Shown piece by piece: positions 1 to 7,923 of a stretch of DNA of 24,963 nt. The position numbers and the translations under genes were made by a program. The notes beneath the pieces are model-generated. The model worked only from the letters and a program-made list of their open reading frames with translations, had not been told where the DNA came from and searched no databases. Source of the DNA: a virus; IMG/VR virus record IMGVR_UViG_3300017585_000072, positions 1 to 24,963 of that record; one strand, written 5' to 3'. How positions within the stretch are numbered: position 1 is the stretch's first letter; each line of letters starts with the position of its first letter.

Positions 1-765
1 GCCTTTGATAGCTTCATCAGTATATGCCTTAGCCCCATAAATCGTGCTCGCGGAAGCAGCATCTGTCGCGCTACCTACAACCGCGGTCTTCGCAGAATTA
101 GCAGCACCTGCCGCGTCATATGCGGAGCTCTCGGTATAAGCAGCCGTACCTAGACCATGTACAGCCACGTCGACGCCGTTTACCGCGATTGTACCATTAG
201 TAGTGCCTTCTTTAATATTAGATGCTTGTAATGCGCTATCTGCTTTATCTAGCGAAGCCTGTATATCTGTTGTTAATTTAGCTTTTGACACTCCGCCGTC
301 CACTAAACTAGCACTAATTATTCTATTATTATTATCTACAACAATTTGGACTTCGGTTGCTCCTTCTTGTTCTTTATAAATATCAACAAGCGAGCCAACA
401 TTAATATAAATTTTATCTTTGTTTGCATTAGCAAGCGTTAATACAAGATATGTTCCTGCGTCCATCCCAGCTGGATCAACTTCCACGGCGCCTTCCGTGA
501 CAACCATATCTTTAGGAATATTAATAGTAACAATCGTTTTATCATCTTGAATTAAGGTATAGCTTTTAGCGTAATCTGTAGGAGAAGATTCAACTACTGT
601 CACTACTGCTGATGTATCAACCTCATTTATTGCAGCAACTAAATCACTTTTAGCTGTTGTAGTTAAATCATTCAGGGAGCCTATCTTGCTTTCCACTTCA
701 GTGATATCTGCCGCGGTACCACCGGCTCCCGCGTTCTTACCTAATATGTATGCAAGTATATCCAT
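1..765 (-). CDS. tail fibre / receptor-binding structural protein, N-terminal ~255 aa (C-terminus lies beyond window start)
   Basis: Not in the ORF track. Found by hand: ATG at 765-763 (rc), frame open to position 1. MDILAYILGKNAGAGGTAADITEVESKIGSLNDLTTTAKSDLVAAINEV... followed by Ala/Thr/Ser-rich Ig-like segments (VAVHGLGTAAYTESSAYDAAGAANSAKTAVVGSATDAASAS) typical of Firmicutes phage fibres. Its ATG overlaps the upstream small ORF's stop (TAATG). Confidence 0.55.
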   Translation of the reverse strand, partial: MDILAYILGKNAGAGGTAADITEVESKIGSLNDLTTTAKSDLVAAINEVDTSAVVTVVESSPTDYAKSYTLIQDDKTIVTINIPKDMVVTEGAVEVDPAGMDAGTYLVLTLANANKDKIYINVGSLVDIYKEQEGATEVQIVVDNNNRIISASLVDGGVSKAKLTTDIQASLDKADSALQASNIKEGTTNGTIAVNGVDVAVHGLGTAAYTESSAYDAAGAANSAKTAVVGSATDAASASTIYGAKAYTDEAIKG

Positions 766-944
766 TATAATTTGCTCCAAACTTTTTGATTATTTAACAT
801 ATATACATTGGAGGTTGCAACTACAATGCAAGTACTTCCAGGTTGCACTGAAGTAGGAAGTTCTGCAATATCTTCTTCAGAATCTGCAACAAATTGAGTT
901 ACATACACTCCAATATGGTCATTCTGTTGCATTACATTGTACAT
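765..944 (-). CDS. small hypothetical protein (59 aa), translationally coupled to the fibre gene
   Basis: rc ORF MYNVMQQNDHIGVYVTQFVADSEEDIAELPTSVQPGSTCIVVATSNVYMLNNQKVWSKL. RBS AAAGAGAGGG about 7 nt upstream of ATG 944-942. Stop TAA overlaps the fibre ATG. Under the 60-aa track cutoff. Confidence 0.4.
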   Translation of the reverse strand: MYNVMQQNDHIGVYVTQFVADSEEDIAELPTSVQPGSTCIVVATSNVYMLNNQKVWSKL

Positions 945-962
945 TCTATTCCCTCTCTTTCT

Positions 963-2153
963 TTAATATTCGCATTCTAGCCCATATCTGGACATTACTG
1001 CTTTTGACATATTAACAATTTTCTTTACATTATATTCACGAATAAACCATTTTGAGTCAGAATTTTTAAACCATCCATAATAAGAGATACACCTATGAGC
1101 TAAACCAATAGGTATTTGTTTATTAAATTGCGCATATTGAAGATAAGCTTTTAAATAAGTTCTTCTTGCACGCAAGAATATTCCTGCTCTAACCTCAGTA
1201 TGGTCTCTATAAATAACATATCCCATCATATCTATAGGTCTTCCGTGCCTTTTAACTTTCCCATTTTTGTCCAATTCCATCCAATCTATTGGAAATATCT
1301 CCCAATTAGATTTAACCTCTAGCCCCAATGGACCCTCTAAATATTCTATTAAGCCTTTCATAGCTTCAATAACCAGTTCTTTATCTGCACCAAGTATAAT
1401 AAAATCATCCATATAGAATAATACCATAGAAAAATATCCACTATATGATTCATATAGGTAGTTATAGGCAAACGATAAAAAATAATTACATAAAAATTGA
1501 CTTAAATAAGAGCCAATGGAAAGACCAGATTTAAAAGTATCAATTAAGAAAAATAATAAATAAAGTAAATCTTCATTATCCGTATCTTTCCACAATTTGG
1601 CTTTCAGTATATCCTTATTAATTGATGGGTAACATTTATGTATATCACCCTTCGCTCCATATCGCGCGGTTTCAGGGTGTTTCCGCATTCTTATTTCAAG
1701 TAATTCTTTTCCATATACTTGACCGCGGCCTTGGATACTAGCGCATTGATATGGCTGTATCCTGTGGCTCCAGATTTCCCATCCAGCAACAACCGCGATA
1801 TGGTCAAGTATTTGGTGTTCTATTGATTGAATACCTATCTCTCTTAATTTTCCGGAATTACCATCAAATCTTTTAACATATTTAATAGGAGGAACAGATA
1901 ATTGTCTGTTTTTGATTTTCCAGATTATAGAATCTGCTATAGTATACAGAGTAGGTTTCAATAGCATATCTCGCATTGGATTATTTATCAACGCGAGAAC
2001 TTCCTTATCAGAATAACTAGGTAAGAAAGAACTAATATATGAAACAATATCTCTTCTAGTCCATTTTCCTTTGAAGCAGTCTTTTATACAATCATACACC
2101 GCTTTGGTGTCGTACATTATTTTAGCCGCGTCTCTTGCGTAGTGATGAACCAT
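963..2153 (-). CDS. DGR reverse transcriptase
   Basis: 396 aa. RT motif 4 reads GLSIGSYLSQF, the DGR-specific [IV]GxxxSQ variant of QGxxxSP. Motif 5 YMDDFIILG. Motif 3 GDIHKCYPSI (DIxK.FxSI type). Lies 310 nt downstream of the TR on the same strand. Confidence 0.9.
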   Translation of the reverse strand: MVHHYARDAAKIMYDTKAVYDCIKDCFKGKWTRRDIVSYISSFLPSYSDKEVLALINNPMRDMLLKPTLYTIADSIIWKIKNRQLSVPPIKYVKRFDGNSGKLREIGIQSIEHQILDHIAVVAGWEIWSHRIQPYQCASIQGRGQVYGKELLEIRMRKHPETARYGAKGDIHKCYPSINKDILKAKLWKDTDNEDLLYLLFFLIDTFKSGLSIGSYLSQFLCNYFLSFAYNYLYESYSGYFSMVLFYMDDFIILGADKELVIEAMKGLIEYLEGPLGLEVKSNWEIFPIDWMELDKNGKVKRHGRPIDMMGYVIYRDHTEVRAGIFLRARRTYLKAYLQYAQFNKQIPIGLAHRCISYYGWFKNSDSKWFIREYNVKKIVNMSKAVMSRYGLECEY

Positions 2154-2462
2154 GAAAAGTTACTCTCACTTTAAAATAATGAAAGTTTTTTAATAAAAGA
2201 TTGATTTTTATTATACTGACCTTCAGCTTTTGTTTCAAAAAGCTAAGCTTATACAACTTTATAAAAAGAGTAAGTTGCATTGGGCTCCTTATTTTCGCAA
2301 ATTTTGAATCAAATATTCAGAGCTATTCGACAATAATATAATTATTATCCGCGGCCTTTCCAGGGCGGTCAATGGCCATTTCGTATAATCAAATACAGAA
2401 TAGTTCTATTTCTAATTTTTGTGCCGTCTATAAGCACTCTAACTACTCTTTAAGTTAAAGTT

Positions 2463-2564
2463 CCGTGACAGGATGTTCCAGTTGGCATTACCGACACCAT
2501 TGTTCGCGTTCAGATTCCAGAGACCATCAATCGCCCCATTGTTCAGGTTCCCGAACGAAAGCCA
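2463..2564 (-). repeat. DGR template repeat (TR), 102 bp, non-coding
   Basis: 102-bp near-identical copy of 3174-3275. Read on the minus strand it is AAC-rich: tgg ctt tcg ttc ggg aac ctg aac aat ggg gcg att gat ggt ctc tgg aat ctg aac gcg aac aat ggt gtc ggt aat gcc aac tgg aac atc ctg tca cgg. Sits between the accessory ORFs and the RT. Confidence 0.9.
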
Positions 2565-2644
2565 AGGGTTTCCTGCGCCATGACCCTCATTTATAAAGTT
2601 AAGTTAATAAAATTATCTATCTTGAACTAAGAAACTTTGATTAT

Positions 2645-2758
2645 TTAATCAAGTGTCCTTTCTTCTAGTATTTTTTGCACCTGTTCTTTTAAGGATGTAG
2701 GCACATCATCCAAGGTCTTAAGGCCTTTAAGAATTAAATTTGCATATATTTTTGCCAT
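2645..2758 (-). CDS. small helical hypothetical protein (37 aa)
   Basis: rc ORF MAKIYANLILKGLKTLDDVPTSLKEQVQKILEERTLD. ATG is 2 nt after the stop of the 116-aa gene. GGAAGGA lies 14 nt upstream. Not in the track (too short). Confidence 0.35.
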   Translation of the reverse strand: MAKIYANLILKGLKTLDDVPTSLKEQVQKILEERTLD

Positions 2759-2760
2759 AA

Positions 2761-3111
2761 TTAATTTGTTAATCCTTCCAATAATTCATAACAATCACAT
2801 AGAGCTAATTGTGTTTCATCCATTTGAGCTTCTAAATTAGCGATTTTTGTAGGATAATCAACATCCTCTTCTGGCTCAAATTTTAAATAGAAGCTAATAT
2901 TAGCCTCAATAGTTTCTTTTGTTGTTTTTGTTCTAAAAACATTACAATCATATTGATACATTGCCTGAGTAGCTGTACCCTCTTCGGTGGCATCAGTCTC
3001 GATTGTGATTATCTGCTCATTAGAACAGATAATCACATCGGCATATTCGCTATCAGGAAGAGAATAATAACTCAATTCAGGCTGTTGTACAGGTGAAATC
3101 ATAGTTGTCAT
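2761..3111 (-). CDS. acidic 116-aa protein in the position where DGRs normally carry avd; not Avd-like
   Basis: AGGAGG 10 nt upstream of ATG 3111. Net charge about -19 (16 E, 8 D, 4 K, 1 R). No resemblance to the basic four-helix-bundle Avd. Confidence 0.6.
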   Translation of the reverse strand: MTTMISPVQQPELSYYSLPDSEYADVIICSNEQIITIETDATEEGTATQAMYQYDCNVFRTKTTKETIEANISFYLKFEPEEDVDYPTKIANLEAQMDETQLALCDCYELLEGLTN

Positions 3112-3137
3112 TATTTTATATCCTCCTATTGTTTATT

Positions 3138-4868
3138 TTAACTTAAGGGGTTCGCCATACCATTAGGAGATAGCCGTGACAGGAAGCTCCAGTAGGCATA
3201 ACCGACACCAATGTCCGCGTCCAGACGCCAGAGACCAGCAATCGCCCCATAGGCCAGGCCCCCGAACGAAAGCCACTCTCTCTGACCACTAGTTCCAGCG
3301 TCACAGTAACATCCGTCACAGAATCCTGTAGCAGAAGAAGCATTTTTTGCCGTAGGCACCATAATACCATTACTTAGGTCAATAGCACATTCAGAAATGT
3401 ACTTCCAAGCAGCTTCATTTCCAGGTATAGTAGCAGAGCATTTAGCCCAATCAGAGCTAGATTGAATAGTAGCAATAGTAGTTGTTAATGCTGTAGCGTC
3501 ATGGCATACATAGACATTTCTAACAACATTACTACTGCTATCTGTAGTAATATCCATTACCACGTTACCTAAGACTTCATAGCCGCCGACCATACATTCG
3601 ATTCCGCCCAATACAAATGGATGGACATTATCAACTTTATAAGCCCCATTAATACAAACGCCGTCCATATCTAGCACGTTATCACAGCTACCAGATATCC
3701 AAGGCATTGTAGAAATTCTACAAGATGTGGTCGTAGTAATATTATCAATAGTAGTTCCATCTATTTCAGCTAAAGTAATTAAAGAATTACTTGTATCTCC
3801 TGATAGTGGCTCAATAGACTTAATAACTTTGCTAAATGCTAAGTTGTGTGTTTCTTTATAATATCTATCATATCCGCTACTATTAGAGCAATCGCCAACA
3901 GATACTGTAGATCCCACTACATAGCTATTTGCATTAGAGGTTGAAATTACGATACCAGGGTAGGTTCCCGCAATAGAGCATAATGCTTGACTACTATAAG
4001 AACTACATCCACCAAAAATACTTTGTGAATTAAGAGTAGCGTATTTAATCATAAATTGCAACTGAAGGAAGAATTGGTCCATAGCAGTTTCGCCGCAGTA
4101 AAAATTATTAATGCCATGGCAAAAACTAATCAATCCACTATAAGAAATATTTGTAGGAGTAGGTTGTCCCTGACTATAAGAAATAGGCACATAGCCGCTA
4201 GCACTAATAGGCTTTCCATCAGAAGTTCTACCCATTACATATTTAGAGTGAACCATGAATCCATAAGAAGTTTTATCTGGTCCAATACATTCAGGAAGAA
4301 TAGTATAACCATCATAAGCTTTATCAGTTACAGATACATACCAATATCCGCTCTCGCTCCATGTCTTTACATACCAAGGAGCATTTAATACACCCACTTG
4401 TCCATTAGAGCCATCCCTAGCAAAGTCTGTTTGTCCATCAATGGCTTTTAAAACAATATGACCATCAGTAGAATCTAATTCCCAATTACAATCAATAGCT
4501 TTAAACATCGGAATATTGCTATAGTCGTTTGTATTTTTAACAGTTAAAGTAGAAGGCTTGCAAACAAGCCCTGCATTGTCATCAGTCTTTGTTCCCAAAT
4601 AGCTCGTTGAAGTAGCATATAGAGGAAACTTAGTTGTATAAATCTTACCCGTAGCTTGGGCATTAAAGAAGGCAGCCATGGTTTTATTTAGATTCCCGCC
4701 TAGATAAGCAAGCTCTTCAACACTAGCTTTTACGCCATCTACTTCAGCAGCAATCATTTCCATGTTTCTACCATCATCTAGTATAACATATTGTCCTTCA
4801 GCACCTAAATTCACGGTACGGAAAGAACCATCGGAGTCTTTGACCCTCATTTTTCTTGCTACACTCAT
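3138..4868 (-). CDS. DGR variable (target) protein, probable receptor-binding/tail protein with a C-terminal VR
   Basis: The track ORF starts at 4898 (MNKKIKKENTMSVARK). AAGGAG sits 7 nt before the second ATG (4868-4866), so MSVARK is the likelier start. C-terminus ...REWLSFGGLAYGAIAGLWRLDADIGVGYAYWSFLSRLSPNGMANPLS is encoded by the VR. Confidence 0.85.
   Translation of the reverse strand: MSVARKMRVKDSDGSFRTVNLGAEGQYVILDDGRNMEMIAAEVDGVKASVEELAYLGGNLNKTMAAFFNAQATGKIYTTKFPLYATSTSYLGTKTDDNAGLVCKPSTLTVKNTNDYSNIPMFKAIDCNWELDSTDGHIVLKAIDGQTDFARDGSNGQVGVLNAPWYVKTWSESGYWYVSVTDKAYDGYTILPECIGPDKTSYGFMVHSKYVMGRTSDGKPISASGYVPISYSQGQPTPTNISYSGLISFCHGINNFYCGETAMDQFFLQLQFMIKYATLNSQSIFGGCSSYSSQALCSIAGTYPGIVISTSNANSYVVGSTVSVGDCSNSSGYDRYYKETHNLAFSKVIKSIEPLSGDTSNSLITLAEIDGTTIDNITTTTSCRISTMPWISGSCDNVLDMDGVCINGAYKVDNVHPFVLGGIECMVGGYEVLGNVVMDITTDSSSNVVRNVYVCHDATALTTTIATIQSSSDWAKCSATIPGNEAAWKYISECAIDLSNGIMVPTAKNASSATGFCDGCYCDAGTSGQREWLSFGGLAYGAIAGLWRLDADIGVGYAYWSFLSRLSPNGMANPLS
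3174..3275 (-). repeat. DGR variable repeat (VR) inside the 3' end of the target gene
   Basis: Aligns without gaps to TR 2463-2564. 15 mismatches, all where the TR coding strand has A (plus-strand T). The last 13 nt (cctgtcacgg end) are identical. Confidence 0.9.
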
Positions 4869-4982
4869 AGTATTCTCCTTTTTTATCTTTTTATTCAACG
4901 AAAAATAACCTTTTCTCGTCGTTCTATGATATATAAAAAATCTTTTTTATGTCTAAATCAACCTTGTCCAAAAGAATTTTAA

Positions 4983-5011
4983 TTGATTTTCCTGAAAATT
5001 TTTGGTATAAT
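4983..5011 (+). promoter_or_regulatory. sigma-A type promoter P1 (TTGATT, 17 bp, TGgTATAAT)
   Basis: -35 TTGATT 4983-4988. Extended -10 TG 5003-5004 and TATAAT 5006-5011. Followed by AGAAGGA RBS and ATG 5040. Confidence 0.7.
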
Positions 5012-5039
5012 ATATGTAAAAGAAAGAAGGATGACAACT

Positions 5040-5885
5040 ATGAGTAACAAGCAATATTGGGGAGATAGAAGTCGTCAAGTGACAAGAGCTAAAATGCACA
5101 CTAAAGAAATGCAAGAACAATTTGCATCTGAAATTGAAGCATCTATAGCTAATTCTTATGCCGCTACGGTTCTATCTTTTCCTACCTCACTACAAAAGAC
5201 AAACGATTTAATGCGCTTAGAGCTGTGGCTAAACGATTTAAATACAACTGATGCTTTATTCAAGCATTATAGCCCAAATGAAAAAATTGCAGTATTAAAT
5301 TTCGCCTCCTTTGTGAAGCCAGGTGGTATGTTCTTGCAAGGCTCAACAGCACAAGAAGAGTCTATTTGCCATGATTCATACCTCTATAACGTATTATCAG
5401 CATTTGAGGACTGGTATAAAGAAAATACTGTCTTTATTAATGATAAGCTATTCGCTGATAGAATGTTATACTGCAAAGATATATATTTCTTTAAGAAAAA
5501 TGATTTAAGCAATCCCATTTCCGCAGATGTAATCACTTGCGCTGCTCCAAATATTAAGGGAGCCGTAAAAATTCAGGGACTAGATAAAATAAATTTATAT
5601 CTCCGCAATTCAAAAGCACTAGATACTAGAATTCAATTTATCCTAGATTCCGCAGAATATAATCATATAAACACCCTTATTTTAGGAGCATGGGGATGTG
5701 GAGTATTTGGTCAAGACCCTGTAGAAGTAGCAAGTCTTTTTAAGAAACACCTTTGTAGAACTTACACTTATTTAAAGAAAGTTGTTTTTGCAATTCCTTT
5801 TAACGCAAACGACTTTAACCTATATGGTTTTTATAAAGTGTTTCAAAATAAGGAGTTAATCAATGAGTCATTATATAGCAACTGA
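5040..5885 (+). CDS. bacterial-type poly(ADP-ribose) glycohydrolase-like macrodomain protein (DUF2263/TIGR02452 family)
   Basis: NFASFVKPGGMFLQGSTAQEESICHDSYLYN matches the PARG GGG-X6-8-QEE signature (PGG-x8-QEE). LILGAWGCGVFGQDP matches the family's second block. Track start 4983 is a TTG; ATG 5040 has the RBS. Confidence 0.65.
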   Translation: MSNKQYWGDRSRQVTRAKMHTKEMQEQFASEIEASIANSYAATVLSFPTSLQKTNDLMRLELWLNDLNTTDALFKHYSPNEKIAVLNFASFVKPGGMFLQGSTAQEESICHDSYLYNVLSAFEDWYKENTVFINDKLFADRMLYCKDIYFFKKNDLSNPISADVITCAAPNIKGAVKIQGLDKINLYLRNSKALDTRIQFILDSAEYNHINTLILGAWGCGVFGQDPVEVASLFKKHLCRTYTYLKKVVFAIPFNANDFNLYGFYKVFQNKELINESLYSN

Positions 5886-6639
5886 TTTGCATGGTGAATA
5901 CAAACTTTGGGAACGAATAAGAGATTATTTAAAACCTAATGATGTTCTTTATTTCTTAGGAGACGCCGCAGACAGAGGTCCCGATGGGTTAAAAATTATG
6001 AGAGAATTACTTTCCAATCCAAGAGTAGTTTATCTAAAAGGCAACCATGAAGAACTCCTTATTAATACTATAAAAGAATGGCTAGACCTTTCTTCGTGTT
6101 CTGATTATCCCCATAAACGTCAGAGCGCGCAGTCTCTACATCTAGCCAATGGAGGTCAAGCTACCCAAGAAGATTTACTTCCAGGCTCCCATATAGAATG
6201 GGAATGGTATCTTCGCCAACTAGAAAATTTACCAGAAATTATAACTGTCACATCTCAAAATACTGGTAAAATAGTATGCTTGTCTCATGCTGGGTGTGAC
6301 CCAATAGATATAGGAAATAATACTTTTAAAAATAAATTTAATCAGCCTCTTCACGATAAGGATGGACCAAATCTGTGGCTCTGGAATAGGGAACATTTAA
6401 TCCAACCTTGGCCGCAAGAATCCCGCTTTGAAAACCTTTACATTATTCATGGCCACACTCCAGTTCCCGCATTGGGTTATATTTCTTGCATTGATTATCC
6501 AGACCCAGACAAGACAAAAGAAATATTCATTTATGCTGATGGCCATAAGATTGACCTAGACTTACTATCTTTCCAAACTAAGAAAGCAGTACTATATAAT
6601 CTAGATAATATGGAGGTGGAAAAATATTTCAATGAGTAA
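5863..6639 (+). CDS. calcineurin-like metallophosphoesterase (Ser/Thr phosphatase-like)
   Basis: DLHGE, GDAADRG, GNHE motifs. AGGAG 8 nt upstream. Confidence 0.7.
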   Translation: MSHYIATDLHGEYKLWERIRDYLKPNDVLYFLGDAADRGPDGLKIMRELLSNPRVVYLKGNHEELLINTIKEWLDLSSCSDYPHKRQSAQSLHLANGGQATQEDLLPGSHIEWEWYLRQLENLPEIITVTSQNTGKIVCLSHAGCDPIDIGNNTFKNKFNQPLHDKDGPNLWLWNREHLIQPWPQESRFENLYIIHGHTPVPALGYISCIDYPDPDKTKEIFIYADGHKIDLDLLSFQTKKAVLYNLDNMEVEKYFNE

Positions 6640-7636
6640 TGTTATTACTGCAATAGAAGTACATAGAGATATATTATTGAATGATTTAAACTATTCTCCA
6701 AAATCTATTCTGGGAGTATTCTGCTATGGCTCCCAAAATTATGGTTTAGCTAATAAAAATAGCGATGTAGATACTGTAGCCATCTATCTTCCTACTTTTG
6801 AAGAAATGTGTCTCTGTAAAGAAAGATTATCAAAAGAATTTCATCTTCCTAATGGAGAACACATTGTTATAAAAGATATAAGAGAATATTCAGATATGCT
6901 TTCAAAGCAGAACATCAATTTCCTAGAAACTCTTTACACCCAATTTTACTGGCTAAATGATGAGTATGCTCAAATATTCACAGAGCTATTTATCAATAAA
7001 AGAGATATTTACTCTTCTTTAAATATTAAAAAGATGTATACATCAATAGCAGGACAAATTATTCATACTGTTAAGCAAGATCCAGCAGATAATAAAAAAT
7101 TAAGTAACGGGTATAGATTGCTATATTTATTGGAGAACTTTGAAAAAACTCATGATTACGAATCTAGTTTATCGCCCATTGGTAAAGAGCATGATTTTCT
7201 ATGGAATTTAAAATATAATAAAAGTAGCTACACCGAAAAAGAAAAACTTGATATGGCTTATGCTATAATTGATAAGGCCTTGGCTTACCAACAAAATTAT
7301 TCTTCTTTAAAGACAACTGAGGCGGGGACCGCCCTACGCGCCCTCCAGACCGCGACTGTGGAGATTTTAAGGAAGGCTTGCGCGATAAATACGCCCCGCC
7401 TTACGCGGGTGGAATTTGAGCAGTATTTAACTAACGCGGAATCTACTGCTTTAGTGGCATTAATGCAGTCAGTTTATCCAGAAGGCAATATATCAATTAA
7501 TAAAGCTATAGAGCAATATCACATTTCCCGCCCTGTATTTACTTCTCTATTGGAAAAAATGGAAAAGTATGACATGGCAGAAATTAAAAAACAAGGTGTA
7601 AAAGGCACATACATTAAATTTAAGGAGACAAAGTAA
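6632..7636 (+). CDS. Pol-beta superfamily nucleotidyltransferase-domain protein with helical C-terminal domain
   Basis: CYGSQNYGLANKNSDVDTVAIYLP is a GS-x9-DxD minimal NTase motif. KNTase/Lnu-like two-domain layout. Contains an atypically GC-rich codon block at 7319-7420. Confidence 0.55.
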   Translation: MSNVITAIEVHRDILLNDLNYSPKSILGVFCYGSQNYGLANKNSDVDTVAIYLPTFEEMCLCKERLSKEFHLPNGEHIVIKDIREYSDMLSKQNINFLETLYTQFYWLNDEYAQIFTELFINKRDIYSSLNIKKMYTSIAGQIIHTVKQDPADNKKLSNGYRLLYLLENFEKTHDYESSLSPIGKEHDFLWNLKYNKSSYTEKEKLDMAYAIIDKALAYQQNYSSLKTTEAGTALRALQTATVEILRKACAINTPRLTRVEFEQYLTNAESTALVALMQSVYPEGNISINKAIEQYHISRPVFTSLLEKMEKYDMAEIKKQGVKGTYIKFKETK

Positions 7637-7923
7637 TGAGCAGAAGAAAAATAATTGCCGCGATCTCTATTACTATTGGTTGCGGAGTGGCACTTGTATT
7701 ATCTGGTTGCTCAGAAAGCCTAAAAAGAGAAGCTAAAACCATAACAAGTGAATATACTGGAGGACTGAATCGAACTGTAACAGTATATGATTATAATGGC
7801 AAGAAGATAGATTCCTGGACAGGAAAGTTTGATGTTACAGAGTCTGAATCTGAAGTTTCCTTTGATATAGACGGCAAACGAGTTATTATTCAAGGTGGAA
7901 TTGTTATTAATGAAGAGAACTAA
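7636..7923 (+). CDS. small lipoprotein (signal peptide, LSGC lipobox)
   Basis: MSRRKIIAAISITIGCGVALVLSGCSE... AAGGAGA RBS. Confidence 0.55.
   Translation: MSRRKIIAAISITIGCGVALVLSGCSESLKREAKTITSEYTGGLNRTVTVYDYNGKKIDSWTGKFDVTESESEVSFDIDGKRVIIQGGIVINEEN

Noticed and set aside
2761-3111. Calling the 116-aa ORF 'avd' from its position alone
   Set aside because: Strongly acidic (about -19 net) with no helical-bundle pattern. Kept as accessory ORF of unknown function instead.
2451-3146. 9-mers TTAAGTTAA (2451-2459, just past TR) and TTAACTTAA (3138-3146, target stop region) as possible inverted boundary repeats of the DGR cassette
   Set aside because: Short AT-only words in ~30% GC DNA. Expected by chance; they do not flank TR and VR symmetrically.
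3143-3370. 75-aa minus-strand ORF overlapping the VR in another frame
   Set aside because: Lies wholly inside the target gene in a different frame. The VR's amino-acid-level pattern is only coherent in the target frame.
4056-4388. 110-aa plus-strand ORF antisense to the DGR target gene
   Set aside because: Antisense to a well-supported gene. No RBS. Low-complexity I/R/S-rich product.
4899-4982. Leftward promoter for the DGR target in the divergent intergenic region (TTGATT ... TTATAT with 19-20 bp spacing on the minus strand)
   Set aside because: Spacer too long for a confident call. The module may instead be read through from an upstream late promoter outside the window.
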